64,000 bases of DNA, taken from NCBI GenBank assembly GCA_949358305.1, contig OX442314.1:21452001-21516000 (forward strand), in the 5' to 3' direction. The position numbers and the translations under genes are program-made. Under the pieces are notes generated by a model. That model searched no databases, had not been told where the DNA came from, and saw nothing but the letters and a program-made list of their open reading frames with translations. This DNA is from Strigamia acuminata. Its lineage: Eukaryota. Below are positions 50,601 to 63,869 of the stretch, piece by piece. Position 1 is the stretch's first letter; every line of letters starts with the position of its first letter.

Positions 50601-53600
50601 AAGTTAAATAATGCTTCAGCTTTAATTACAATTGTATTTACTCTTAATTAGCCCCAAATGCTTATAGTCCTGACAAAGGTGACGGCAAGGTTAATGAATC
50701 AGCGCCAGTTTACTCTTTTGGTGCAAAGATTAAGGACCCGAGTCCATTTAACGTTCCAGGTACAGTACAGTAGTATATTTATTTCACACAGTAATACAGC
50801 ACTGTGCTAAGTAGTTTACCATTATAAAAGCTTTGAAATTTATTCGACTTTTCTGAATGCAAATAATAGTAATAATTAATATAAAATATGTTGTTTTTTA
50901 CTTGTATTTTAATTAGCTCCAAATGCTTACAGTCCTGACAAAAGTGAAGGAAAAGTTAATGAATCGGCTCCAGTTTACTCTTTTGGTGCAAAGATTAAAG
51001 ACCCAAGCCCATTTAATGTTCCAGGTAATGAGAATTTTAATACAATACAGTGCCAGCTTGTATCTCACAAAATCTTATGCGAAAATGAAACTTTTTGGTG
51101 TGAGTGTAAATGACCAATCGTGAAGGTACTGAATGTGATTTATTTCACCGAAACGATGTCATTTAGTGAGTTACTGCAAGAAGTTTGGTGGTGACATCAA
51201 TTAGTATAACTATTTTGAATTTATTTCGCTATGCTTTAATCGTATTAAACCTCTAAAATGCTAATATTGTTCCTTTTAATCTTAGCTCCTAACTCTTACA
51301 ATCTCGAGAAAAGTGATCAAATTGTTCATGAAAAATCGCTGAACTACTCGTTTGGAATTAAACTACCCGATGCTAAACCTAATAATGTCCCAGGTGAGCA
51401 AAATCTTAAGTGTATTAAAGAGTTATGTGTAAAAGAAAATTGATGGGGATCAGCTCTTAGTATTCCTGGTTGAAAGGATTCCCATTTGTCTGAAAGTCGC
51501 AAGAACGCTCGTTTGGCTTTATACACGCATCAGAAACTGTAATAGGAATAAGTTCTAACAAAAGTATATTTCAATTACAATTATTATACTTATTATATTA
51601 TATTACGATTAAATAGCTCCAAATGCCTACAGTCCTGACAAAAGTGACAGAAAGGTGAATGAATCACCGCCACTTTACTCTTTTGGTGCAAAGATTAAGG
51701 ACCCGAGTCCATTTAATGTTCCAGGTAATCAGAAATTTAATACAGTGCAGCTTGAGTGTGAAAAGTGTGTGTGAATATAAAGTAAAGAGACTATAGAGAA
51801 TGAGAGATTAGTTATTATTGGACTAGTATTTATTAGTTAATGTAAGCAGTGTGGTGGAAAAACTAATACGCACCTCTCTTTAATATTTCTTTGGGTTATA
51901 CTTAAAAAAATTAAACCTAATTTGCTAATTTTGCTTGTAATCTCAGCTCCTAATTCCTACAACCCTGAAAAAAGTGACCAAATTGTTCATGAAAAATCTC
52001 ACAACTACTCATTTGGGATTAAACTTCCAGATGTTAAACCTAATAATGTTCCAGGTGAGAATAATCTTGAGTAAAATAGATAGCATGAAGTAGAGAGCAG
52101 CATTCTAAATGATGTTAAACCAGATTTCCTGGTTAAAAGAGTTCACTTTTCTATAAACATCGGTAAGAAGCTTTGATTCCTTAACATATCAAGTTATATT
52201 AAGTCATAAATACAATTATACCGGACGTATAATTATAATTATATTTACAATTAATTAGCTCCAAATGCCTATAGTCCTGACAAAAGCGACGGCAAGGTTA
52301 ATCAATCAGCGCCAGTTTACTCTATGGGTGCAAAGATTAAGGACCCGAGTCCATTTAACGTTCCAGGTACAGTACAGTAGTTTTATTTCACACAGTAATA
52401 CAGCACTGTGCTAAGTAGTTTGACATAATAGAAGCATTGAAGTTTATTCGACTTTTCTAAACGCAAATACTAGTAATCAATCAAATTTGTTCTTTTTTAC
52501 TTGTATCGTTAATTAGCACCAAATGCCTACAATCCTGACAAAAGTGATGAAAACGTGCACGAATCAGCTCCATTTTACTCTTTCGGTTCGAAGATTAAGG
52601 ACCCAAGCCCGTTTAATGTTCCAGGTAACCACATTTTTAATACAATACAGTGAAGTGTGGGTAAAGTAAAATATCATGAGAACGAATGTGAATAATCTAA
52701 AATGAGGAGATAAACAGAAGTGGCGTAGTTAATTAGCATCTACATTCAATAATTAACTGTGCTGTACTTAAATTAATCTAACTTTTAATTGCTATTTTTG
52801 CTTGTTGTGAACTCAGCTCCTAATTCTTACAATCCTGAGAAAAGTGACCAAGTTGTCCATGAAAAATCACGCAATTACTCATTTGGAATTAAACTACCAG
52901 ATGCTAAACCCAATAATGTTCCAGGTGAGCTTAATCTTAAGTGCATTCAACATTTGTAAAGTTTATTTCTTTACAATCGTTAATTTGTTGTACTATCTAA
53001 AGGACACAATAGGATTAAGTTATTGTATTATTATACTTATTATATTTATGATTAATTAGCACCAAATGCGTATAGTCCTGACAAAAGTGATGGAAAGGTT
53101 AATGAATCAGCTCCACTTTATTCTTTTGGTGCAAAGATTAAGGATCCGAGCCCATTTAATGTCCCAGGTAATCATAAAATAAATAGAGTACCGGTACGGC
53201 TTAAAAGTAAAAAAAAATCTCGTGAGTGCATGTAAAGTAAAGAGACTTGAGCATGAGATGAAACTGGGTGAGTGACTATTGACTATTAATGAGCTGATAA
53301 AGTGTGGTGGCGAAATTAATTAGCATCTCTCTTTAATGTGCATTTGGGCTATAACTTAATTTAACTACTAATTACTAATTTTGGTTGTTGTAATCTTAGC
53401 TCCCAATTCTTACAATCCTGAGAAAAGTGACCAAGTTGTTCACGAAAAATCGCACAACTACTCATTTGGAATTAAACTACCTGATGCTAAACCTAATAAC
53501 ATCCCAGGTGAGCGCAATCTTAATTACAATTCTTAGCACAAGTGTGAAGGATAAAACTACATAATACTTTGAATGTTTATAAACATTAATATTTCGTGTA

Positions 53601-56600
53601 TTTGGTCGTATGTGTCTTTATTGTGGCCAACTTATGCGTTATTTGAACGGCTAAAATATGAAATCAATCTTCGTTCACATGTAGGCCTACTGTATTGCGA
53701 GTATTTTTATAAAGCTTGTCTGTTTTTATGTTGATTGTAATGTAAGTTACTTCTAAATGGTCTATATTTAGTTGATGCTGTGAGTAAAAACAAGTAAAAA
53801 AAAAAAAAAATTAAAAAAAAATTCAACCAAAAAAATAATTTTAGCTTTTCTGTGTGGTTTGTTCATATAAAATGAAGACTAAAATATTTGCTCTTTTTCG
53901 TTGCTCTATGCAAAAAATCTGTCAAGCAAGCATCCCTTCAGACGTGCAACTGCAAACATTGCGGTCGTGTTTGCATTCTGTAGAATAGCAAACAATTTTA
54001 AATTATTGCTTCAAGTACTTCTGATGTTTGCCAACATTGTGAGGTTCTATACATATGCAATCTGATTACAAGCTGAATATAAATTCAAACAGAATCAGAT
54101 TTTGGCAGAATTTGAAAAGAAATACGTAGTTTAGAAATCCTGGTTAAAGAAATTTCCAGTCGAAAGAATCTCCATAAAATGTATTAAGTTTCCGCATACT
54201 TGATGTTAAATTACAGTGGTTATAATTTTGCCTTTTTTTACCTTTGTGATTAATTAGCGCCAAATGCCTACAGTCGTGACAAAAAATAAAAGGCGCATTT
54301 ATGCATATGACATAAAGATAGAGTTATACCGTAATTAACATTAATAAATACTTATTTTATTTATGATAAATTAGCTCCAAATGCTTACAATCCAGACAAA
54401 AGTGATGGAACGGTTAATGAATCAGCTCCACTTTACTCTTTTGGTGCAAAGATTAAGGACCCGAGTCCATTCAATGTGCCAGGTAAATCAAAATTAAATA
54501 CAGTTTAGCTTGAGTGTAAAAATATCTCGTGAGTGAAAGATGAAATTTGTGGCTGAATGTAAAGAAAAGAGATATGGACATGAGATGAAAGATAGTTACC
54601 TTAAAATTCCGATTCTAAGACGGACCTTTTTCCCAAAAAACCATATCGGAAAGTGTAGGGTGCGTCTTAGAATCGGAATTTTACATTATTATTGATTCTG
54701 AATGAGCTAATGTAAGGAGTTTGGTGGCGAAAGTAATTTGTGCTATACATTAAATAATTCAACTACTAATTGCTATTTTTGGTTATTGTCAACTCAGCTC
54801 CCAACTCTTATAATCCTGAAAAAAGTGACCAAGTTATCCATGAAAAATCTCACAACTACTCTTTTGGAATTAAACTGCCAGATGCTAAACTTAATAATTT
54901 TCCAGGTGAGCGTAATCTTAAGTGAAATAATCTAACAACTTAAAATGAAACGGAGTCTCTTGACTCTTAATAAGATAATGTAAGGAAGTGGGGGCGAAAT
55001 GAATTTGTGCCAATCATAAAATTAAACTTCTAATTAATGTTTTTGCTTGTGCAATCTCAGCTCCTAATTCTTACAACCCTGAAAAAAGTGACCAAGTTGT
55101 CCATGAAAAATCGCACAACTACTCATTTGGAATTAAACTACCTGATGCTAAACCTAATAACATCCCAGGTGAGCGTAATATTAATTGGAATTCTTAGCAT
55201 AAGTATGAAATAGAAACGTGTATTAAAAATGTGTATACCGTATTGAAAAGAAAATAATGGTAAAAGATATACTTCCAGCAGCTCGATGCTAAACCTAATA
55301 TTATCCCAGGTGAGGGTAATCTTAAGAGTGAAGTTGAGACATCTGGGGAAATGTTTGGAATTAGAAAAAATCAACCGCCGAATGAAAGAATTTTAGTTAT
55401 TGTCACCGATTAAACGAGTCATCTGGCAAATGAAACAAGAACATCTCGATTTTTCTTATTTACTGGAGTTGTATTGCCTCTTTCCCTTTTCATTCCAAGA
55501 GTTTTCTCAACCAAGAATCCTAATTACAGTTGAGCAAATGTCGCGATCACGTTTGCGTGAGGTTCAGTTGCAAACAGTTTTAAAATGTTACAGTAATTAC
55601 GCGCTGGGACACTGTAAGCGTCAATATTGATCGCCACGTTTCTTGGGAAATATTTGTTAAGCAAAAGGAAGAAGCAAGAAAGATAAAGTGATGGTTTCAC
55701 TACATTTGCGTTTATTTCTTACACGCTTCTTCCATTGCTCGCAGCCAGTCATAGAAACATCATCTTAAGGGGAGATGAACACCACAAATTAAATAAGGAA
55801 TAAATTTATTGCCACTTCTTTTGTACATGATTATAGTTGTTACAAATTATATACTTTTATGTTTGATTAGCTCCAAATGCCTACAACCCTGACAAGAGTG
55901 ATGGAAATGTACACGAATCGGCTCCACTTTACTCCTTCGGTGCGAAGATTAAGGACCCAAGCCCATTTAATGTTCCAGGTAATCACAAATTTAATACAAT
56001 TCAATTAATATCTTAGATTTGGGTGTGAATAACCCAAAATGAAGAGAGTTAAGCAAGGGGGTAACGTAATAACCGCGGAAATAATAATCGCGGAAACAAA
56101 TGACAAATTTAAAATCTGGACATCATAAACTGAATAATTGCGGAATGAATAACCGAGGAATTTAAAAATTGGTTACTGAGAAACCGCAGAATTTTAAAAT
56201 GGAAAAAATTTCAATACTGGGATTTGTTTAAAAAAAACTAGTAAGGTTAGGTTTGCGGGGGGGTCATGGGGGGGGGGGGGGGGCACTAGCTTCCTCTCGT
56301 TAGGCATTCTTAGGAATTCGCAACAACGAAATTGCGCAACCGGGGAATGATCAAGCGCGGAATGAATAAGCGCCGAAAGTTGTCCGGATGGGAGATGGGA
56401 TTTAAAATTGATGAGTAAATTAGCTACAAGTGCTTACAATCCAGACAAAAGTGATGGAAAGGTTAATGAATCAGCGCCACTTTTCTCTTTTAGTGCAAAG
56501 ATTAATGACCCTAGTCCGTTTAATGTTCCAGGTACTATGAAATTAAATACAGTTCAACTTGAATGTAAAAATATCTTGTGTGTGAAAGTTGAAATTTGTG

Positions 56601-59600
56601 TGAATGTAAAGTGAAGAGACTTGAGCATGAGATGAAGCGGAGTGATTTACTATTGACTCTTAATAGGCTAATGTAAGGGATTTGGTGCCGAAATTAATTT
56701 GTGATATTCATAAAATAATGCAACTACTAATTGCTATTTTTGGTTATGGTGAATTCAGCTCCTAATTCTTACAACCCTGAAAAAAGTGACCAAGTTGTCC
56801 ATGAAAAATCACGCAATTACTCATTTGGAATTAAACTGCCAGATGCTAAGCCCAATAATGTTCCAGGTGAGCTCAATCTTAAGTGCATTTAACATAAGTA
56901 AAATTTATTGGTTTACAAATTAATGGTAAACAATCGTGGATTTGTTGTACTATCTAACAGACACAATAGAATTAAGTTAACTCATTTTTATACTTATTAT
57001 ATTTATGATTAATTAGCACCAAATGCGTATAGTCCTGACAAAAGTGATGGAAAGATTAATGAATCAGCTCCACTTTACTCTTTTGGTGCAAAGATTAAGG
57101 ACCCAAGTCCATTTAATGTTCCAGGTAATCAGAAATTAAATACAGTGCAGCTTGAATGTGAAAAGTGAAATTTGTGTGTGAATGTAATGTAGAGAGACTA
57201 TAGAGTATGAGAGAGTAGTTATTACTCACTAGTACCTATTAGTTAAAGCAGTGTGGTGGAAAAACTAATATGCACCTCTGTTTAATGTTTCTTTGGGTTA
57301 TACTTAAAAAATTAAACCTAATTTGCTAATTTTGCTTGTAATCTCAGCTCCTAATTCCTACAACCCGGAAAAAAGTGACCAAGTTGTTCATGAAAAATCT
57401 CACAACTACTCATTTGGGATTAAACTTCCAGATGTTAAACCTAATAATGTTCCAGGTGAGCATAATTTTAAGTGAAATAGATAGCATGAAATAGAGAGCA
57501 GCATTCTAAATGATGTTAAACCAGATTTCCTGGTTAAAAGAGTTCACTTTTCTATAAACATCGGTAAGAAGCTCTGAATCCTTAAACACATTAAGTTTTA
57601 TTAAGTTATAAATATACCGGACGGATAATTATAATTATATTTACGATTAATTAGCTCCAAATGCCTATAGTCCTGACAAAAGCGACGGCAAGGTTAATGA
57701 ATCAGCGCCAGTTTACTCTATGGGTGCAAAGATTAAGGACCCGAGTCAATTTAATGTTCCAGGTGCAGTACAGTAGTTTTGCTAAGTAGTTTGAGATAAT
57801 AGAAGCATTGAAATTTATTCGACTTTTCTGAATGCGAATAATACTATTAATTAATTAATATCAAATTTGTTCTTTTTTACTTGTATCGTTAATTAGCCCC
57901 AAACGCCTACAATCCTGACAAAAGTGATGAAAACGTGCACGAATCAGCTCCATTTTACTCTTTCGGTTCGAAGATTAAGGACCCAAGCCCGTTTAATGTT
58001 CCAGGTAAGCACATTTTTAATACAATACAGTGAAGTGTGGGTAAAGTAAAATATCTTGAGGATGGATGTGAATAATCTAAAATGAGGAGATAAATAGAAG
58101 TTATTCAGTATCTACATTCAATAATTAATTGTGCTGTACTTAAATTAATCTAACTTCTAATTGCTGTTTTTGCTTGTTGTGAACTCAGCTCCTAATTCTT
58201 ACAATCCTGAAAAAAGTGACCAAGTTGTCCACGAAAAGTCGCACAACTACTCATTTGGAATTAAACTACCTGATGCTAAACCTAATAACGTCCCAGGTGA
58301 GCGTAATCTTAAGTGAAATAACCTTGAGTGCCATTAAAAGTACGTAAGATTTATACACAAAAAATGTATGGTACAAAACAATCGGCTTTAGTTTTCTTTG
58401 TGGAAGAAACAAAAACGGCTAGTTTCCGTGATACATACAAAGAATTACAATAGGATTAAGTTCTAAGAAAAATATACTTTAATTACAATTATTATACACA
58501 TTATATTTATAATAAATTAGCTCCAAATGCTTACAATCCAGACAAAAGTGATGGAAAGGTGAATGAATCAGCACCACTTTACTCTTTTGGTGTAAAGATT
58601 AAGGACCCGAGTTTATTTAATGTTCCAGGTAATCTGAAATTAAATACAATGCAGCTTGAATGTGATAATTATCCTGTGTATGAAAAGTAAAATTTTGTGC
58701 GAATGCAAAGTGATGAAACTTGAGCATGAGATGATGTAAAGAGTGTGGTGGCAAAATTAATAAGCATTTTTATTTAATATTTATTTGTACTATACTTAAA
58801 ATAATTTAAATTCGAATGACTAATTTTGGTTGTTGTGATCTCAGCTCCGAATTCTTACAATCTCGAGAAAAGTGATCAAATTGTCCACGAAAAATCGCTG
58901 AACTACTCGTTTGGAATTAAACTACCCGATGCTAAACCTAATAATGTCCCAGGTGAGCAAAATCTTAAATGCATTAAAGAGTTATGAGTAAAAGAAAATT
59001 GATGGGGATCAGCTCTTAGTATTCTTGGTTGAAAGGATTTCCATTTGTCTGAAAGTCGCAAAGAACGCTCGTTTCTTTTATACACGCATCAAAAACTGCA
59101 ATAGGAATAAGTTATAAGAAAAGTATATTTTAATTACAATTATTGTACTTATTATATTTGCGGTTAAATAACTCCAAATGCCTACAGTCCTGACAAAAGT
59201 GACGGAAAGGTGAATGAATCAGCGCCACTTTACTCTTTTGGTGCAAAGATTAAGGATCCGAGTCCATTTAATGTTCCAGGTAATCACAAAATAAATAGAG
59301 TTTCGGTACCGCTTGAAAGTAAAAAAATCTCGTGAGTGCATGTAAAGTGAAGAGATTTGAGCATGAGATGAAACTGAGTGAGTGACTATTGACTATTAAT
59401 GAGCTGATGAAGTGTGGTGGCAAAATTAATAAGCATCTTTCTTTAATGTTTATTTGGGCTATAACTTCATTTAACTACTAATTACTAATTTTGGTTGTTG
59501 TAATCTTAGCTCCCAATTCTTACAATCCTGAGAAAAGTGACCAAGTTGTTCACGAAAAATCCCACAAGTACTCGTTTGGAATTAAACTACCTGATGCTAA

Positions 59601-62600
59601 ACCTAATAACATCCCAGGTGAGCGCAATCTTAATTACAATTCTAAGCATAAGTGTGAAGGTTACAACAGCATAAAAATTGCAAAATATCTAAACATTAAT
59701 AACCCGTGTATTTGGTCGGAGATGAGTCTTTATTGTGGCCGACTTGTTGGTAATTTGAACGGCCAACATGAAAAATCAATCTTCGTCTGCGTTTGTTCGG
59801 ATTTTTCTAAATCTATGCTTATTGTAAGTTTTTTTGATTTTAGATGTAATGCAAGTTACATCTAAATGACCTCCAATTTAGTTACTGCTAAATTGTATAG
59901 TAAATTACTATTATTAGTGAAAGCAAGTAATTATAAAAAAAAAAACCGTCGAAGGGAAAGAATCAACCTTGACAAGAAAAGAATTTTTAACTTTTTATCA
60001 TCTAGTTTGATTATATAAAATGACAACAAGAATATTTTGATTTTTTTTTTACCGCAACATTGCCGATTTTGACAAAGAAGACTACTTTCAAATGTGGATC
60101 GGCAATCGTTCTGGTTATGTTTGTATTTGGTGCAATAGCAAATAATTTTAATATATTGCATCATTTACTACCCGCAGTCATGTGTTTTAAGTCCCACGTA
60201 TTTTTTAATGTTAAAAAAAATAAAATGGTGAAATTCAAATCCAAAAAAATGCTTATCAAAACAAATAAATGTAGCTTGAAGAACAAACATTGGGCTTTAT
60301 TTTTTAAAAAAATGAATTTTTAACTTAAATGGGCCAAAACTTATGTCCATTTGAATATGCGCTACTTGGCACAAGTGTATTTGGCCACCATGCTAATTGC
60401 CTTAAGTGAGTTGGGCCGGCAGAAAAAGTTTAGCACCACATTCAAAAAATCACAAAAAAAAAAAAAAACGGTTTATACAGAAAATCACTAGGTGCGTTCA
60501 ATTTGCAAAAAGAAAGAAGAATCTTTCTTTTTGGGGGCGCATTTAGAGTCGCAAAAAAAGGAATCGCGAATTCCGAAATTGCGATTTTTTTTTTGCGAAT
60601 CATTGTGGCAAGGTAACTTTTGTGGGTCGGTGGAATTCAGGTTAGATGTGTGGTAAAATAATTCAAACTTCATCTTATTAATTTAATTGGTTTATTAAAG
60701 TAAAATAAGACAAGATCAAAATATTGGGGATGGTTTCCTGTATGTGTATCGGTCCACAACATTAAATTAAGGGTTTTATGGACCAATATACTTATAAAAA
60801 AGTATTGGAGGATTGTTATGCTTCAATTTGCAGATGATAAACTGCCTTTGACATGGATATTTCAATAGAAAAATGATTCTAAGCATAAAGTCAAGATAAT
60901 TGCTCAGTGTTCCAAACCCATCCCATTTAGGTTTTGACTTGGTCTGCACAATCACATACAAAATTTTGGTTATCCAACAAAACATTGAAATGTATTGTTC
61001 AAATAAACAATGATTTTCTGAAGAAACCGGTTTTTTTTGTGATTTTTTGAATGTGGTGCTAAACTTTTGCCACACACACTTGTGCCAAGTAGCGCATATT
61101 CAAATAGACACAACTTTTGGTCCATTTAAGTAAAAAATTCATTTTTTTAAAAAATGAAGCTCAATGTTTGATCTTTAAGCTACATTTATTTGTTTTGATT
61201 AGAAGCATTTTTTAGGGTTTGAATTTCACCATTTTATTTTTTTAACATTAAAAAATACATGCGGCCCAATACACATGGGTGCGGGTAGTACTTCTGGTCT
61301 TTGTGATTATTGTAAAGTCAATACACGCACGAAATGTCACCACAATCTGAATAGAAATTCAAACTCGGTCAGGTTTAAGCTGAACCAAGAGTACCGTATT
61401 TTATCGATTACGAGCCACGGCTCTTATTCAAAACGACCATTTTTGTCAGCAATTGCAGCTTCGGTTTTTCGTTTGTTACATTTGTTTAATATAACAAACC
61501 AAGTCTGAACATCACGAACGAAGCGTACGTTCATCGTTCGTGAGGTTAAAGACGGAAACAATACCGTACTTTTGCAAAAATACGGTATTCTTGGTGTCTT
61601 AGCCGCGGCTACAATTCGAGGGCGACTCTTAATCAATAAAATACGATATTTCTGTTTGTGACCAAAAGGATCCTACCGATAGCTAGAAACATTAACAGTC
61701 GAATGGATTACATTCACAAACTGCATTAAGTTACATGATACTTGATCTTTAATTACAATTGTTATAATTTTGCACTATTGTTTTTCTTTATGACTAATTA
61801 GCTCCAAATGCTTACAATCCTGATAAAAGCGACGGAAAGGTGAATGAATCAGCTCCACTTTACTCTTTTGGTGCAAAGATTAAGGACCCGAGCCCATTTA
61901 ATGCTCCAGGTAATGGGAAATTTAATACAAAGTGCCAGCTTGCATCTCTTATGAAAATGAAACTTTTTGGTGTGAATGTAAATGGCCAATCGTGAAGAGA
62001 CTTAAGCAGGAGGTGAAAAGGAAATAAACAAAAGCTCCTGTCATTCTCTGAACAGGAAGACTCGTGAATACGTGATTCATTTCATCAAAAAGATGTCATT
62101 TAGAGAGAGAGCTTGGTGGCGACTTTAATTAGCATCACAATTTAATATAATTTCTATGCTAACATAATTAAACCTCTAAATTGCTAATTTTGCTTGTTGT
62201 AATCTTAGCTCCTAATTCTTACAATCCCGAAAAAAGTGACCAAGTTGTCCATGAAAAAGCCCACAATTACTCATTTGGAATTAAACTGCCAGATGCTAAA
62301 CCTAATAACGTCCCAGGTGAGCATAATCTTAATTGACATTCCTACTATAAGCCTGGAGTAGAAATCTGCATTAAAAATGAATGACGATTGTGTATTCGAA
62401 CGGGGATCGGCCTAGCATTCCTGATTGAAACGATGACCTTTTTTCTGAAAGCCGCAACGAATCCTCGTTTCATTTATACACATCACAAACTAAACTATAT
62501 TAAGATTACGTTATAATTACAATTATTATATTATATTTATTTTATTTATGATAAATTAGCTCCAAATGCTTACAGTCCAGACAAAAGTGATGGAACGGTT

Positions 62601-63869
62601 AATGAATCAGCGCCACTTTACTCTTTTGGGGCAAAGATTAAGGACCCGAGTTCGTTTAATGTTCCAGGTAATCAGATATTAAATACAGTGCCGCTTGAAT
62701 GTGAAAAGTGAAATTTGTGCGTGAAAGAGACTACAGAGCATGACAGATTAGTTATTATTGACTAGTATTTATTAGTTATTGTAAGCAGTGTGGTGGAAAA
62801 ACTAATATTCAGCTCTTTTTAATATTTCGTTGGGTTATACTTAAAAAAATGAAACTTAATTTGCTAATTTTGCTTGTAACCTCAGCTCCTAATTCCTACA
62901 ACCCGGAAAAAAGTGACCAAGTTGTTCATGAAAAATCTTACAACTACTCATTTGGGATTAAACTTCCAGATATTAAACCTAATAATGTTCCAGGTGAGCA
63001 TAATCTTAAGTGAAATAGATAGCATGAAATAGAAAGCCGCATTGTAAATGATGTTAAACCAGATTTCCTGGTTAAAAGAGTTCCCATTTCTATAAACGTC
63101 AGTAAGAAGCCCTGATTTCTTAAACATATCAGAAACTACTTCAATATTAAGTTATAAAATAAATCGGACGTTTAATTATAATTGTATTTACGATGAATTA
63201 GCTCCGAATGCTTATAGTCCTGACAAAAGCGACGGCAAGGTTAATGAATCAGCGCCAGTTTACTCTTTTGGTGCAAAGATTAAGGATCCGAGTCTATTTA
63301 ACGTTCCAGGTACAGTACAGTAATATATATATTTCACACAGTAATACAGCACTGTGCTAAGTAGTTTGACCTAATAGAAGCATTGAAATTTATCTGACTT
63401 TTTGAATGCAAATACTACAATTAACCAATTAATATCAAATTGTTCTTTTTTACTTGTATCGTTAATTAGCTCCAAATGCCTACAATCCTGACAAAAGTGA
63501 TGAAAACGTGCACGAATCAGCTCCACTTTACTCTTTCGGTTCGAAGATTAAGGACCCAAGCCCGTTTAATGTTCCAGGTAACCACATTTATAATACAATA
63601 CAGTAAAGTGTGGGTATAGTAAAATATCATGAGAATGGATGTGAATAGTCTAAAATGAGGAGATAAACAGAAGTTATTCGGTATTTACATTCAATAATTA
63701 ATTGTGCTGTACTTAAATTAATCTAACTTCTAATTGCTATTTTTGGTTGTTGTGAACTCAGCTCCCAATTCTTACAATCCTGAGAAAAGTGACCAAGTTG
63801 TTCATGAAAAATCGCTGAACTATTCGTTTGGAATTAAACTACCTGATGCTAAACCTAATAACGTCCCTG
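41681..63869 (+). CDS. ODF3: ODF3/CIMAP1-family SHIPPO (PGP/PAPxxY) repeat protein, giant multi-exon form, 3' incomplete
   Basis: Exon 41681-41844 (GTWTPTKRRGPIAAEFNGPGP..KAPAFTF) matches the ODF3 N-terminus. Then 41908-42155, 43077-43181, 43264-43356, 43899-44003, 44127-44219, 45474-45575, 45631-45750, 46509-46616 and 37 repeated 108-nt exons; no terminal exon in the window. Confidence 0.88.
42601..42929. mobile_element. MITE with ~55-bp TIRs
   Basis: GTTCGAACCAGAAAGTTTGGGCTAGCCC.. / ..GGGCTAGCCCAAACCTTCTGGTGCGAAC; three internal AACTAGATAA repeats. Confidence 0.75.
43515..43695. mobile_element. hAT-type MITE
   Basis: TIRs CAGTGCCGGATTA / TAATCCAGCACTG and a perfect 8-bp TSD GTGTAATG. Confidence 0.9.
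43764..43831. mobile_element. 68-bp hAT (Charlie-like) mini-element
   Basis: Imperfect TIRs CAGGGATTCCCAACC / GGTTGCGAACTCCTG and a perfect 8-bp TSD ATATAGTT. Confidence 0.85.
44473..44525. promoter_or_regulatory. Candidate CTCF site plus RFX X-box
   Basis: CCACTAGATGGCAC (44473) and GTTGCCATGGCAGC (44512; one mismatch to the palindromic X-box) in an intron of a ciliary-family gene. Confidence 0.45.
45813..46193 (+). CDS. Probable alternative 3' end (short isoform) of the ODF3-like gene
   Basis: Exon 45813-45893 (APNHYKIP...) with GC donor, then 45968-46033 and 46105-46193 (TGA), all phase 1 and in frame; AATAAA near 46375. Confidence 0.55.
48044..48224. mobile_element. Tc1/mariner-pogo-type MITE (same family as 1220-1388, inverted)
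   Basis: TIRs CAGTCGAAACTCT / AGAGTTTCGACTG-TA; interior aligns to the reverse complement of 1220-1388. Confidence 0.85.
48257..48348. repeat. 29-bp tandem repeat, 3 copies
   Basis: ATTAAACATCGCATTTATGCAGATACGAT x3. Confidence 0.9.
49701..50211. mobile_element. PIF/Harbinger-type MITE
   Basis: Perfect 19-bp TIR AGGTGCGTTTTCATATGCG with TAA on both sides. Confidence 0.85.
54599..54686. mobile_element. ~90-bp MITE
   Basis: Inverted repeat TAAAATTCCGATTCTAAGACG / CGTCTTAGAATCGGAATTTTA, interrupting a duplicated intron. Confidence 0.7.
60168..61288. mobile_element. Non-autonomous DNA element with ~320-bp TIRs
   Basis: 60168-60487 is the imperfect reverse complement of 61011-61288; ends CTACCCGCA / TGCGGGTAG flanked by TA. 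Confidence 0.85.
61394..61646. mobile_element. TA-flanked MITE
   Basis: Imperfect TIRs CCGTATTTTATCGATTA / TAATCAATAAAATACGA; a related end fragment is at ~50250-50300. Confidence 0.65.

Larger units (their letters stand above)
46739..63869 (+). repeat. Array of 37 duplicated 108-nt exons (22 type A, 15 type B)
   Basis: Type A (APNAYSPDKSDGKVNESAPLYSFGAKIKDPSPFNVP) starts: 46739,47683,48462,48872,50652,50917,51617,52259,52517,53060,54375,55871,56424,57017,57655,57897,58521,59172,61802,62560,63202,63470. Type B (APNSYNPEKSDQVVHEKSHNYSFGIKLPDAKPNNVP) starts: 50345,51286,51947,52817,53400,54798,55061,56759,57348,58189,58845,59510,62209,62886,63762. Confidence 0.95.

Noticed and set aside
56057..56390. 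Insert with CCGCGGAA repeats, AAGGTTAGGTT and a G-run
   Set aside because: Likely a TE fragment, but no TIR or TSD could be established.
46739..63869. Regularly interspaced 108-nt repeats as a CRISPR-like or dispersed TE array
   Set aside because: Each repeat is bounded by AG/GT, is an open 36-codon frame and matches SHIPPO repeats; they are exons.
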